Shown here: positions 18,805 to 28,683 of the stretch, piece after piece | Numbering within the stretch: position 1 is the first letter of the stretch | How the letters are laid out: every line of letters starts with the position of its first letter | DNA from: an uncultured Eubacteriales bacterium | Lineage (GTDB): Bacteria; Bacillota; Clostridia; TANB77; CAG-508 | Assembly (NCBI GenBank): GCA_963529075.1 | Contig: CAURYI010000001.1 | Location: 1-53,703, forward strand | DNA: 53,703 nt | Direction of reading: 5' to 3' | Made by a program: the position numbers and the translations under genes | Notes under the pieces: generated by a model | The model's database searches: none | What the model was told of the DNA's origin: nothing | The model's input: the letters and a program-made list of their open reading frames with translations, nothing else

Positions 18805-19719
18805 ATGAAACATTTAATAGATATAAAAGATGTATCAGTAGAAGAAATTGAAGAGATGATTAAAGTTGCAAAAGATATCATTAAATCACCAAGTAAATAT
18901 GAAAATAAATGCAATCACAAAAAACTAGCAACACTATTTTTTGAACCCAGTACCAGGACAAGATTAAGCTTTGAGGCAGCAATGCTTGAACTAGGGGGAA
19001 ATATTTTAGGATTTTCATCAGCATCAACCAGCTCTGCAGCAAAAGGAGAAAGCGTATCAGACACTATACAAGTTGTAGGATGTTATGCAGATATTATAGC
19101 AATAAGACATCCAAAAGAAGGAGCACCACTCGTCGCATCGCTAAAATCAAAAATTCCAATAATAAATGCAGGTGATGGAGGACATAATCATCCAACACAA
19201 ACTTTAACAGATTTACTAACAATATCATATAAGAAAAACAGATTAAGCAATTTAACAATTGGTTTATGCGGTGACTTAAAATTTGGAAGAACTGTTCATT
19301 CTCTAATCAGCGCACTTTCAAGATATACCGGCATAAAATTCATTTTAATTTCTCCAGAGGAACTAAAAATTCCAAATTACATTAAAGAAGATATTTTAGA
19401 AAAAAATAACACACAATATATTGAAACAAATGATATCGAAGAATTTATGGAAGAATTAGACGTACTATATATGACTAGAGTTCAAAAAGAAAGATTTTTT
19501 AATGAAGAAGACTATGTAAGATTAAAAGACTACTATATTTTAAATAATAAAAAATTAGAAAAAGCAAAATCAAATTTATGTATCATGCATCCACTTCCAA
19601 GAGTAAATGAAATATCTACAGAAGTAGACAATGATCCAAGAGCATGTTATTTTGACCAGGCCCTATATGGTAAGTATATAAGAATGGCATTAATCATGAA
19701 GATGCTAGGAATTAAATAA
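18805..19719 (+). CDS. pyrB: Aspartate carbamoyltransferase catalytic subunit
   Basis: [17 protein letters not shown] and HPLPR motifs. 304 aa. Confidence 0.92.
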   Translation: MKHLIDIKDVSVEEIEEMIKVAKDIIKSPSKYENKCNHKKLATLFFEPSTRTRLSFEAAMLELGGNILGFSSASTSSAAKGESVSDTIQVVGCYADIIAIRHPKEGAPLVASLKSKIPIINAGDGGHNHPTQTLTDLLTISYKKNRLSNLTIGLCGDLKFGRTVHSLISALSRYTGIKFILISPEELKIPNYIKEDILEKNNTQYIETNDIEEFMEELDVLYMTRVQKERFFNEEDYVRLKDYYILNNKKLEKAKSNLCIMHPLPRVNEISTEVDNDPRACYFDQALYGKYIRMALIMKMLGIK

Positions 19720-19735
19720 TAAATAGGAGAAATAA

Positions 19736-20155
19736 ATGAATATTGATAGTATAGAAAATGGAATTGTAATAGATCACATACAAGCAAAAAAAAGTTTTGA
19801 AATATATAATGCATTAAAATTAGGAACTTTAGAATGTTCTGTCGCAATAATAACAAATGCAAAAAGTAAAAAAATGGGTAAAAAAGATATAATAAAAATT
19901 GATAAAAACATTGACCTTGACTTAAACGTATTAGGGTATATAGATCCAAATATGACAATAAATATAATAAAAAACAATATTATACATGAAAAATATCACG
20001 TAAATTTACCTTCAGAAATCATAAACATTGAAAAATGTAAAAATCCAAGATGCATAACATCAATTGAGCAAGATCTTGATCAAGTGTTTATATTAAAAGA
20101 TAAAAATAAAAAAATCTATGGTTGTAAATACTGCGAAACTATTAAAGAAGATTAA
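19736..20155 (+). CDS. pyrI: Aspartate carbamoyltransferase regulatory subunit
   Basis: 139 aa, immediately after pyrB. C-terminal Zn cluster CKNPRCIT...CKYCE. Confidence 0.85.
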   Translation: MNIDSIENGIVIDHIQAKKSFEIYNALKLGTLECSVAIITNAKSKKMGKKDIIKIDKNIDLDLNVLGYIDPNMTINIIKNNIIHEKYHVNLPSEIINIEKCKNPRCITSIEQDLDQVFILKDKNKKIYGCKYCETIKED

Positions 20156-20260
20156 ATATATTAAAAAAGAATACCCTAGTGATAGTTACATAGTAGTACA
20201 TGAAAGAAAACGTAACAATTAAAAATATTCAATACATTCTATATTAAGGAAGGATAGCAA

Positions 20261-22048
20261 ATGGGAATACTAGACTTTATAAGTCAAATATTTAAAAGGA
20301 AAGAAAAACAAGCTCTACCAAAGCCAGAGGAGGCTAATAAAATTTTTAAAGAATTACAAAAATTTGGTAAAGAAATAGAAACGGAATTAAATATTGATGA
20401 ATTAATAATAAATTCAGAAAATATTAAACAATTGCCAAGATTGAAAACAAGATTTTCTAGAGAGCAAATAATTAATATAGCAACAAGATTTTATGAAAGT
20501 TTAGGAATTAAAGAAGATATTAATATTGACACGACAGTAAAACATGGGGATATTAATTATTTAGTTCAAGCAGTAAACAGAGTTTCACAAAGATTTTCAA
20601 AAATTGAAACAAGTGATGAATATAGTAAAGTTATACCAAAATGCATGGAAAAAATATTCGAAAATTATTTGAAAAGTTTATCAGATGATGAATGTATAGA
20701 GTTAAAAATAAATAAAGAACAGATAAAACATGATGTTATATTGAGAAATATTACTGAAACTCTTAAACTAAAAAAAGATTTAATAAACCCAAATTCAATA
20801 AATATAAAGCATATTTTGGGTAAATTTTATGCAACAAAATTTGATGAAATATGCAATAGAAATCAATTAAATAAAGATGGTCAAATTAGATTACTATTAC
20901 AAACTATAAGAGATATTAAATCAAATCAGAAAAAAATATTGGAATCTGATAAAAGTAATATAATGCAATTAAGGTCTCTAGAAAGTGGAGTGATTCAAGA
21001 CACAAAAAATAAAATTAATCAATTTGTCTTAAATAATAAAATTGAAAAAATAATGAACCAAATAGAAATGAATCAAAATATAATAGAAAATATAATGGGA
21101 CAAGAACTTTATATAAATTTAAAAACAGAAATACCATTTATATTATTGATTCCAGATCAAATTAAAGAGAAGGCAACATTAATCATGGAATCAAATAATT
21201 TAGAAACAAATAATAAGCAAAAATTGTTTAGCCAAGGTTTGGAGACAGCAAGAAGTTTGTCAGAACTTTCAAAAGGCCAAAATCCAATAATAGTTCCAAT
21301 CCTTTCAAGTGATAAAAATGATCAATATTGGCAGCAATTATCAGCAGAATGTTTTGAAAAAGATAGAAATTTTAATGCAAAAATGTTAGAAACAATAGAG
21401 AAATCTAAAGAAATTATAAAACAGAAGAAAAACATAGAGTTAAATGAGAAAATATTTTTAAACGGATACTCTTCATCAGGAGTTTTTGCACAAAGGTTTT
21501 CTTTAATTAATCCTGAAATAATAGATACTGCGTGTATTGGTGGAGCCAGTGGAAGTATACCAGTTCCAGATACTAGATTAGATTATCCATTAGGAGTAAA
21601 AAATTATGAAGAATTATTTAATAAGCCATTTAATATAGAAGCATATAAAAATATAAATTTTGAATATTATGTGGGAAGTTTAGAAAGTTATGTGAAATCG
21701 AATAGAAACGGAATAATTGCACCAATGCATGATATGAGTTATTTTGATATAAGTGTACCAACAGAAATAGGAAAACAGCAACGTAAGTTGTTTGGATATG
21801 AAATGTTTGAAAGAGCACAAAAAACAATTGAAACTTTAAAAGAACAAGGCGTAAAAATAAATCATAACATATTATATAATTGCATTCATAATGATAAAGA
21901 AGCAGAAAAATATAATAAAGAAAATCTAGGAGTCCCAATAGTAACAGGAGTAAGAGAAGAAAGAGATAAAATAATAAAAACAACAATAAGAGAGATAAAT
22001 GAAAGACAAGAAAATAAAGAAAAAGAAGAAAAAAACATTCCAAATTAA
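20261..22048 (+). CDS. Hypothetical 595-aa protein; C-terminal third resembles an alpha/beta hydrolase
   Basis: Good RBS (AAGGAAGG). Nucleophile-elbow-like segment IFLNGYSSSGVFAQRF. The N-terminal ~350 aa is helical and low in complexity. Confidence 0.55.
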   Translation: MGILDFISQIFKRKEKQALPKPEEANKIFKELQKFGKEIETELNIDELIINSENIKQLPRLKTRFSREQIINIATRFYESLGIKEDINIDTTVKHGDINYLVQAVNRVSQRFSKIETSDEYSKVIPKCMEKIFENYLKSLSDDECIELKINKEQIKHDVILRNITETLKLKKDLINPNSINIKHILGKFYATKFDEICNRNQLNKDGQIRLLLQTIRDIKSNQKKILESDKSNIMQLRSLESGVIQDTKNKINQFVLNNKIEKIMNQIEMNQNIIENIMGQELYINLKTEIPFILLIPDQIKEKATLIMESNNLETNNKQKLFSQGLETARSLSELSKGQNPIIVPILSSDKNDQYWQQLSAECFEKDRNFNAKMLETIEKSKEIIKQKKNIELNEKIFLNGYSSSGVFAQRFSLINPEIIDTACIGGASGSIPVPDTRLDYPLGVKNYEELFNKPFNIEAYKNINFEYYVGSLESYVKSNRNGIIAPMHDMSYFDISVPTEIGKQQRKLFGYEMFERAQKTIETLKEQGVKINHNILYNCIHNDKEAEKYNKENLGVPIVTGVREERDKIIKTTIREINERQENKEKEEKNIPN

Positions 22049-22062
22049 ATGGAATGTTTTTT
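22034..22062 (+). terminator. Rho-independent terminator (stop codon in the loop)
   Basis: AACATTCC-AAATTAAAT-GGAATGTT followed by T6. Confidence 0.65.
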
Positions 22063-22214
22063 ATGTTAGCTATAAAATTATATATAAAATATAAAAAACA
22101 TCTTACATGTGTATTTTATGTAAAAAAATATTTAATTTGTTGAAAAGAAAAGCACTAATATGATATATTTTTGATGATAATTTACATATACACATTAAAG
22201 TGGAGGACGTTCTT

Positions 22215-23177
22215 TTGATAAAAGTATGCAATGTAACAAAAAAATACAATAAAAATGATATAATAAAATCAATAAATTTTGAAGTCAAAGAAAATGAAAT
22301 CGTTGGATTTTTAGGTCCCAATGGAGCCGGAAAAACAACGACAATGAATATGATAACAGGATACATTGAACCAACAGAAGGGGAAATATACATAAATGGG
22401 TATGATATCCAAAAGCAAGCAAAGCAAGCAAAACAGCAAATTGGATATATGTCAGAACATTCTGCATTATATCCAGATTTTACTGTAAAAGAATTTATTA
22501 CATATTTAGCAGAATTAAAAAAGGTAGCTAAAAAAGACAAATCAATTGAAGTGGATAAAGTTATAAACCAAACAGGATTATCATCAGTAGAAAATAAATT
22601 AATTGCAAATCTTTCAAGAGGATATAAACAAAGAGTAAGCTTAGCGGGAGCTTTAATAGGAAATCCAAAGGTTTTAGTGTTAGATGAACCAACAGTTGGA
22701 TTAGATCCAAAGCAAATCGCAGATATACGAAAATTAATTAAATCATTAGGAAAAAAGCATACTATATTAATGAGCACACACATATTACCAGAAGTAAGTT
22801 CAATATGTTCAAGAATAATTATATTAAATAAGGGTGAGATAATAGCAGAAGATACACCGGAAAATATTGAAAATATGGCATTAACAAAAAATAGTGTATT
22901 AGTAACAGTTGAAGATCCAAATAATAAAATTGAGAAGATAAAATCAAAATTACAATCAATAAAAGAAATTAAGAAAATAAAAGTAAATGAAGACAGTACA
23001 ATATTATATGAGATAATAGCAGAAGATAATGATACAGATATAAGAAAACAAATATTTGAACTATTTCCAAAAGAGGATATAACAATATTTGAATTAAGAA
23101 AAAGTGAAACAACATTAGAAGACGCATTCTTAAAATTAATAAGCAAAAAAGGAAAAAAATCTGGAGGAAACAAATAA
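22215..23177 (+). CDS. ABC transporter ATP-binding protein (ABC-2 / GldA-like)
   Basis: Walker A GPNGAGKTT, signature LSRGYKQR, Walker B VLVLDEPT. The TTG at 22215 lies 7 nt after GGAGGA, giving a typical MIKVCNVTKKY N-terminus. Confidence 0.88.
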   Translation: MIKVCNVTKKYNKNDIIKSINFEVKENEIVGFLGPNGAGKTTTMNMITGYIEPTEGEIYINGYDIQKQAKQAKQQIGYMSEHSALYPDFTVKEFITYLAELKKVAKKDKSIEVDKVINQTGLSSVENKLIANLSRGYKQRVSLAGALIGNPKVLVLDEPTVGLDPKQIADIRKLIKSLGKKHTILMSTHILPEVSSICSRIIILNKGEIIAEDTPENIENMALTKNSVLVTVEDPNNKIEKIKSKLQSIKEIKKIKVNEDSTILYEIIAEDNDTDIRKQIFELFPKEDITIFELRKSETTLEDAFLKLISKKGKKSGGNK

Positions 23178-23860
23178 TGTTAGCAATTATAAAAAAAGAG
23201 CTAAAATCATATTTTTTATCACCAATAGGGTGGATATACATTGGCATGTTCTTAACATTTTGTTCATTATTCTTTTTTACAGACATATTCAGATATAAGA
23301 GCTCAGCGTTTTCAGATTTGTTTGGAATAACAGTATCAGTTCTATCAGTATTAATACCAATACTAACGATGAGAACATTTGCAGAAGAAAGAAAAAATAA
23401 AACAGATCAAATACTATTAACAGCACCAATAAGTGTAAGAGAAATAGTTTTAGGAAAATTCATAGGAGCATCAATAGTAGTAATAATTTCAGCTTTATCA
23501 ACATTTGTATATTACTTTATATTAATGCATTTTGGAAAACCGGAGTTTATTACGACAATAAATGTTTTAATTGGGTACATATTATTATCATTAGTTCACA
23601 TTTCAATTGGATTATTCTGCTCAAGCTTAACAGAAAATCAAATTATTGCAGCAGTTATATCAGTAGGGGCATTAACAGCATTTGGAACATTGCCCAAAAT
23701 AATAATAGCATTAAAAGATTATTCACCATTAGATGCATTCTTTAATTCATTCTACAATGGGATTAGTAGCTTAAAAGATTACGTTTTACTAATCAGTTAT
23801 ATAATAATGTTTTTAATGTTCACAATGATATCAATACAAAGACGCAAAAATATAAAATAG
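23177..23860 (+). CDS. ABC-2-type transporter permease (GldF-like)
   Basis: TAATG stop/start overlap with the ATPase gene. 227 aa with about six hydrophobic helices. Confidence 0.75.
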   Translation: MLAIIKKELKSYFLSPIGWIYIGMFLTFCSLFFFTDIFRYKSSAFSDLFGITVSVLSVLIPILTMRTFAEERKNKTDQILLTAPISVREIVLGKFIGASIVVIISALSTFVYYFILMHFGKPEFITTINVLIGYILLSLVHISIGLFCSSLTENQIIAAVISVGALTAFGTLPKIIIALKDYSPLDAFFNSFYNGISSLKDYVLLISYIIMFLMFTMISIQRRKNIK

Positions 23861-23868
23861 GAGGAATA

Positions 23869-25329
23869 ATGAAAAAAATAACATCATTAATCAAAAATAA
23901 ATGGCTAATGAAAACATTATCAATAATAATTCTTATTATATTTATAATTGTAGCGTTTATTATTGTAAATAAAGTGGCTATAAAGTCCAACCCAAAAATA
24001 ATGGATTTAACAAAAGGAAAGCTATATACTTTATCAGAAGAGAGTAAAGAAATAATAAAAAAAATAGAACAAAATGTAACAATATATTTAATAGGATATG
24101 ATGAGACATCAACAGAATATATTTTAGGGAAACAATATGAAGAGCTAAACGATAAGATAACATGCGTAATGGTTAATTCAAAACAAAGACCAGATTTAGC
24201 TATAAGATTTGGAGCAACAGCTAACGGAAGAATAGTAGCAATAGAAGGTCCAGATAAAAAATATAAAGTCATATCATCAATTGAAATGATTACAACAGAT
24301 AATGAAGAAAATAAATCATATGATTTAACAGAAGAGAAGTTAACAAACGCCATACAATCAGTAACAGTAAATTATAGACCAAAAATATATTTTACAACAG
24401 GATCAAAAGAATATGGTATTGAAGATGGTGAATTATTAGAATTGTTTGGACAATTTATAATAAATGATATAAATGAAGCAATGGAAATTAATTTGCAAGA
24501 TAAAAAATTACCAGAAGACTGTGAGTTATTAGTAATTTCAAACCCAGTCAAAGATTTTAGTGATGTAGAAACTGAAAGAATTCTAAAATACATAAAAAAA
24601 GGTGGAAACATCATGTGGATGCAAAATCCAACTTTGTTAAATAGTAAAGAAGATGGCAAAAAAGATAATATAAATAAAGTATTAGATGAATATGGAATAA
24701 GATTTGGCACTGGGATAGTGTGTGAAACAAATTCAAACCAATTGATTGGAGGAAATCCAACAATGTTTTCAGCAATGCTAGTATATCATCCAATTGTAAA
24801 AGACATTTATAGCAGTGGAAAAGTATATTTCTTTGGAGCAACAAGAATTGAAAATAAATCAGATGAAGAATTAAAGAAATTAAATGTTGATGTTAAAGTT
24901 TTAGCGAAAACAACAAATGAAGCATATTATAAGATAACCACAGATATAAATGTAATAAACGATGAAACAGAAAAAGGAACATTTAATTTAGCCGAAATAA
25001 TAGAAAAAGATGTTGGAAATAATAAAAAGTCGAAATTAGTCGTAATTGGAACGGCAAACTTTGTGTCAGGATTACAATTAAAAATAAAAGGACAAGAAAG
25101 TACAACACCAATCGCACAATTATATAACAGAGAAATGGCATTAAGATCAATATCTTATTTAACAAACAGACACACACAAGTAACAATAAGAAAAAACAAT
25201 GGTACTGTAACATTTTCAGCACCTGCAGGCTTTGAGAAAGGTGCAGTAGCAATAATAATTTTAATATTGCCAATATCAATGATATTGGCAGGAATGATAA
25301 TTCCAACCATCAGAAGAAAAAGAAAATAA
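23869..25329 (+). CDS. GldG-like ABC-transporter auxiliary protein (TM anchors at both ends)
   Basis: 486 aa. N-terminal TM LSIIILIIFIIVAFIIV and C-terminal TM AVAIIILILPISMILAGMIIP followed by RRKRK. The gene order ATPase-permease-GldG is characteristic. Confidence 0.6.
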   Translation: MKKITSLIKNKWLMKTLSIIILIIFIIVAFIIVNKVAIKSNPKIMDLTKGKLYTLSEESKEIIKKIEQNVTIYLIGYDETSTEYILGKQYEELNDKITCVMVNSKQRPDLAIRFGATANGRIVAIEGPDKKYKVISSIEMITTDNEENKSYDLTEEKLTNAIQSVTVNYRPKIYFTTGSKEYGIEDGELLELFGQFIINDINEAMEINLQDKKLPEDCELLVISNPVKDFSDVETERILKYIKKGGNIMWMQNPTLLNSKEDGKKDNINKVLDEYGIRFGTGIVCETNSNQLIGGNPTMFSAMLVYHPIVKDIYSSGKVYFFGATRIENKSDEELKKLNVDVKVLAKTTNEAYYKITTDINVINDETEKGTFNLAEIIEKDVGNNKKSKLVVIGTANFVSGLQLKIKGQESTTPIAQLYNREMALRSISYLTNRHTQVTIRKNNGTVTFSAPAGFEKGAVAIIILILPISMILAGMIIPTIRRKRK

Positions 25330-25340
25330 GGTGATAACTA

Positions 25341-26480
25341 ATGAAAAAAAATAAACAAAAAGTAATTAGGGCCATATTAATTATAGTAGGAATTGCAGCA
25401 GTTATAGGACTTGGACTATATGTTGGAGATGAAAAAGCTAGGTATTGGATAGACAAAAACATATTAGGAACAAGTGTAGAAGAAGAAGATTTGCCAAAGA
25501 TAGAATATGAGCAGGATAAAAACATAAAAGTAATTGCATATCAAGACTATGTTGCAACAATTTTAGAAAACCAACTTAAAATATATAATAAAAATGGAAA
25601 GCTTGAAACCGAAATTGCAATAAACGTAACAAACCCAATCTTTGCAACAAATAAAAAATATTTGTTAATAGGGGATACTGAAAAAAACAATTTGTATATG
25701 ATATATAAAAACACTCTTCAGTGGGAAAAGAAATTAGATGATGAAATAACAAGTCTTACAATAACCGAGAATGGTGCTGTGGGAGTGGTTTTAACAAACA
25801 AAACATATAAATCGATAATTTCAGTATACAATATAACAGGGACAGAAGTATTTAAAATATATCTGTCAACAACACATGCAAATAAAATGGCAATATCAAA
25901 CGATATGAAGTTTATGAGTTTTATAGAAGTTAATTTCAGTGGAACAACAACAGAATCAAAAGTTAAAACAGTAGATGTTTCAAAAGTAAAAAAATCTGAG
26001 TCCGATGCAATATCATATACATATTCACCAAATAATGACGAAGTAATAGTAAATATTAAGTATTATAAAGGAAAATTGATAGTATTGACGGACAATGGCG
26101 TATACTTATATTACAATGGCAATAAAAATGAAATTTATAAATTTAATGATAGGACCAAATTTGCGGACATCAACTTAGATGGTAAAATATGCATTGTAGA
26201 AGAAAGTCCAAAATCAATAATGAATAATGATTTTGAAATAAAGATAATAGATCCAGAAACAAAAAAAGAAAATATAAATCAATTAAAATCAACAATAAAA
26301 AACATCAATTGTTATGGAGATGCAATAATAGCAGAAACCGGAAATGAAGCAAAAATAATAAATAAACTAGGGTGGCTATCAAAAACATTTAAGACATCAA
26401 GAAATATAAAACAAATTAGTTTAGCACAAAATGTAGTAGCAATTATATACAAAAGTAAAATTGAAATATTATCAATATAG
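25341..26480 (+). CDS. Membrane-anchored hypothetical protein with a beta-rich ectodomain
   Basis: N-terminal TM AILIIVGIAAVIGLGLYV. 379 aa. Lies 11 nt after the GldG-like gene. Confidence 0.55.
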   Translation: MKKNKQKVIRAILIIVGIAAVIGLGLYVGDEKARYWIDKNILGTSVEEEDLPKIEYEQDKNIKVIAYQDYVATILENQLKIYNKNGKLETEIAINVTNPIFATNKKYLLIGDTEKNNLYMIYKNTLQWEKKLDDEITSLTITENGAVGVVLTNKTYKSIISVYNITGTEVFKIYLSTTHANKMAISNDMKFMSFIEVNFSGTTTESKVKTVDVSKVKKSESDAISYTYSPNNDEVIVNIKYYKGKLIVLTDNGVYLYYNGNKNEIYKFNDRTKFADINLDGKICIVEESPKSIMNNDFEIKIIDPETKKENINQLKSTIKNINCYGDAIIAETGNEAKIINKLGWLSKTFKTSRNIKQISLAQNVVAIIYKSKIEILSI

Positions 26481-26492
26481 GAGGATAAAAAT

Positions 26493-27149
26493 ATGATTGT
26501 AGACCTTATAATAATCGGGATACTAGCAGTTTCAATACTGATAGGTGTAAAAATAGGATTAATAAAAAGTTTAATAAACTTAGCAGCAATCTTTTTATCA
26601 ATAATAATAGCAATGGCACTATGTAGACCGGTTGCAACATTTTTGATGAACAATACTAAAATTGATGAAACGATTCAATCTACAATAGTAAAAACAATAA
26701 TTGGTGAAGAGAAAGCAAAAACAGAGCAAGAAGATAAATCAAAGAATGAAATTCAAAAATATATAGAACAAGCAGGAGATACTATTGATAATGCAAAAAG
26801 AACAATGGTAACTCAGACCGCACAAGAATTAACAAAACAAATAATGATAGGAATATCTTTTGTTGGACTATATCTGTCATCAGCTGTCATCATCTTTATA
26901 ATAAAGCAATTATCAAATCTATTGACATCATTGCCAGTTATAAAACAATTTGATAAAATTGGAGGCGGAATAATTGGAGCAATAAATGCAATCATAATTG
27001 TATATATTGCACTAGGTATAGTTAAAGTAGTTGGAGTTACAGTAAAAAATCCAACATTAATTAAAGAAGTAAATAATTCAATTATTACTAAAATAATATT
27101 TGACAAAAATCCAGTTGAAAGTATAATTACATCAATTAGTAAAAAATAA
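26493..27149 (+). CDS. cvpA: CvpA-family membrane protein
   Basis: MIVDLIIIGILAVSILIGVKIGLIKSLINL N-terminus. Four TM segments. 218 aa. Confidence 0.7.
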   Translation: MIVDLIIIGILAVSILIGVKIGLIKSLINLAAIFLSIIIAMALCRPVATFLMNNTKIDETIQSTIVKTIIGEEKAKTEQEDKSKNEIQKYIEQAGDTIDNAKRTMVTQTAQELTKQIMIGISFVGLYLSSAVIIFIIKQLSNLLTSLPVIKQFDKIGGGIIGAINAIIIVYIALGIVKVVGVTVKNPTLIKEVNNSIITKIIFDKNPVESIITSISKK

Positions 27150-27175
27150 TTTCTATAACAAGGTGGAAATATTAA

Positions 27176-28597
27176 ATGAAAGATAAGAGAAAAAATAGAT
27201 CATCTGAAAAAGAATATGATGAAATCGAGATATATGTAAGAGATAACGAAAATACTAAATCTATGAAGAAAACAAAAAAGAAGTCCAAACGAGACAAAAA
27301 AGAAGATAAAAAGAAAAATAAGCATAAAAAACATACACTAAGAAAAATTTTATTAGCAATATTAGCAATAATTATAGTTGCAGGAATTGTTTTCTTTATA
27401 CATGTTCAAAAGAATGGTGGAGGATTAAAGGGAATTGTAACAACCGTAATTGGAAGTAGTGCAGAAAAAGAAAAAGAACTACAAGATATCTACATGTTAG
27501 TAATGGGTAAAAGCGAAAACATGACAGATACAATAATGGTTGTAAAATATTCAGCTAAAAATCAATCAGCATCAATGTTATCAATACCAAGAGACACTTT
27601 TACAGGAAACAATGAAAGTAAAGCAAGTGCTTTTGATAAAATTAACTCTAAGTATATAAATGGTGGAGCACAAGAAACATTAAAAGCAGTAAATGATTTA
27701 ACAGGATTAAACATCAAATATTATTTAATAGTTGATACAAAAGCCTTAAGAGATTTAGTTGATGCAATAGGAGGAGTAGAATTTGATGTTCCAATCGATA
27801 TGGATTATGATGATGTAACACAATCACTACATATACATGTAAAAAAAGGAATGCAATTATTAAATGGTGAACAAGCAGAAGGTGTAGTAAGATTTAGACA
27901 CAATAATAATTACACATCATATCCAGCATCATATGGTGATAATGACTTGGGAAGAATGAGAACACAAAGAGAGTTCTTAAAAATATTATTAAAACAATTA
28001 ATGAAACCAACCAATATTACAAAAATAAATAATTTATTAAAGATTGCACAAGAAGAAGTAGAAACCAACATCGATTGGAATACTGCAAAAGGATATGTAC
28101 CATCACTATTTGGATTTGATACAAACAACTTGGTAACAAATGCATTACCGGGAGAACCAAAATATGCAAATGGAGTAGCCGTATTTATAGCAAGTCAATC
28201 AAAAACAAAAGAGTTAATAAATAAAATGTTCTTACAAGTTGTAGATAACACAGAAAAGACAGAAGATGGCACTGACACATCTACTAATTCAACATCAACA
28301 ACAACTACAACATCTATAACATTAAAACCAAAATCAAGTATTTCATTACAATTAATAAATGGAACTGGTTCTAAAAAGAAATTTGAAGCAGCAAAAACTC
28401 AATTGAAAAATCAAGGGTATAAAATTCAAAGCGAAGCAATAACAACACCTATTGACAAAACAATCATAATAAATCGTAAAGAATTAAATAAAGAAGATGT
28501 AGAAGCAGTGAAATCTTTATTAGGAACAGGAAAAATTACTGAAGGCAAAAAAAGCGAAAAAAATAATATAACAATAATAATTGGAAAAGATTATTAA
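27176..28597 (+). CDS. LytR-CpsA-Psr (LCP) family protein with a LytR_C-like tail
   Basis: Basic N-terminus followed by a TM segment. Motifs DTIMVVKY, LSIPRDT and RFRH. A Ser/Thr-rich linker precedes a C-terminal ~90-aa domain. Confidence 0.8.
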   Translation: MKDKRKNRSSEKEYDEIEIYVRDNENTKSMKKTKKKSKRDKKEDKKKNKHKKHTLRKILLAILAIIIVAGIVFFIHVQKNGGGLKGIVTTVIGSSAEKEKELQDIYMLVMGKSENMTDTIMVVKYSAKNQSASMLSIPRDTFTGNNESKASAFDKINSKYINGGAQETLKAVNDLTGLNIKYYLIVDTKALRDLVDAIGGVEFDVPIDMDYDDVTQSLHIHVKKGMQLLNGEQAEGVVRFRHNNNYTSYPASYGDNDLGRMRTQREFLKILLKQLMKPTNITKINNLLKIAQEEVETNIDWNTAKGYVPSLFGFDTNNLVTNALPGEPKYANGVAVFIASQSKTKELINKMFLQVVDNTEKTEDGTDTSTNSTSTTTTTSITLKPKSSISLQLINGTGSKKKFEAAKTQLKNQGYKIQSEAITTPIDKTIIINRKELNKEDVEAVKSLLGTGKITEGKKSEKNNITIIIGKDY

Positions 28598-28650
28598 TCT
28601 TTGTAAATAAATGTAAAATTTATGCATACAACAATAATTGAATAAATATT

Positions 28651-28683
28651 AAAAATAAGCTATCATCAAGATAGCTTATTTTT
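28651..28683. terminator. Bidirectional terminator (LCP gene / carboxypeptidase gene)
   Basis: AAAAATAAGCTATC-ATCAA-GATAGCTTATTTTT. Confidence 0.75.

Noticed and set aside
22103-23173. 356-aa minus-strand ORF antisense to the ABC ATPase gene (similar cases at 30461-31102, 38672-39196, 10473-10931 and 23820-24353)
   Set aside because: The + strand genes carry unambiguous catalytic motifs. The antisense translations are Phe/Ile/Ser-rich nonsense typical of AT-rich antisense frames.
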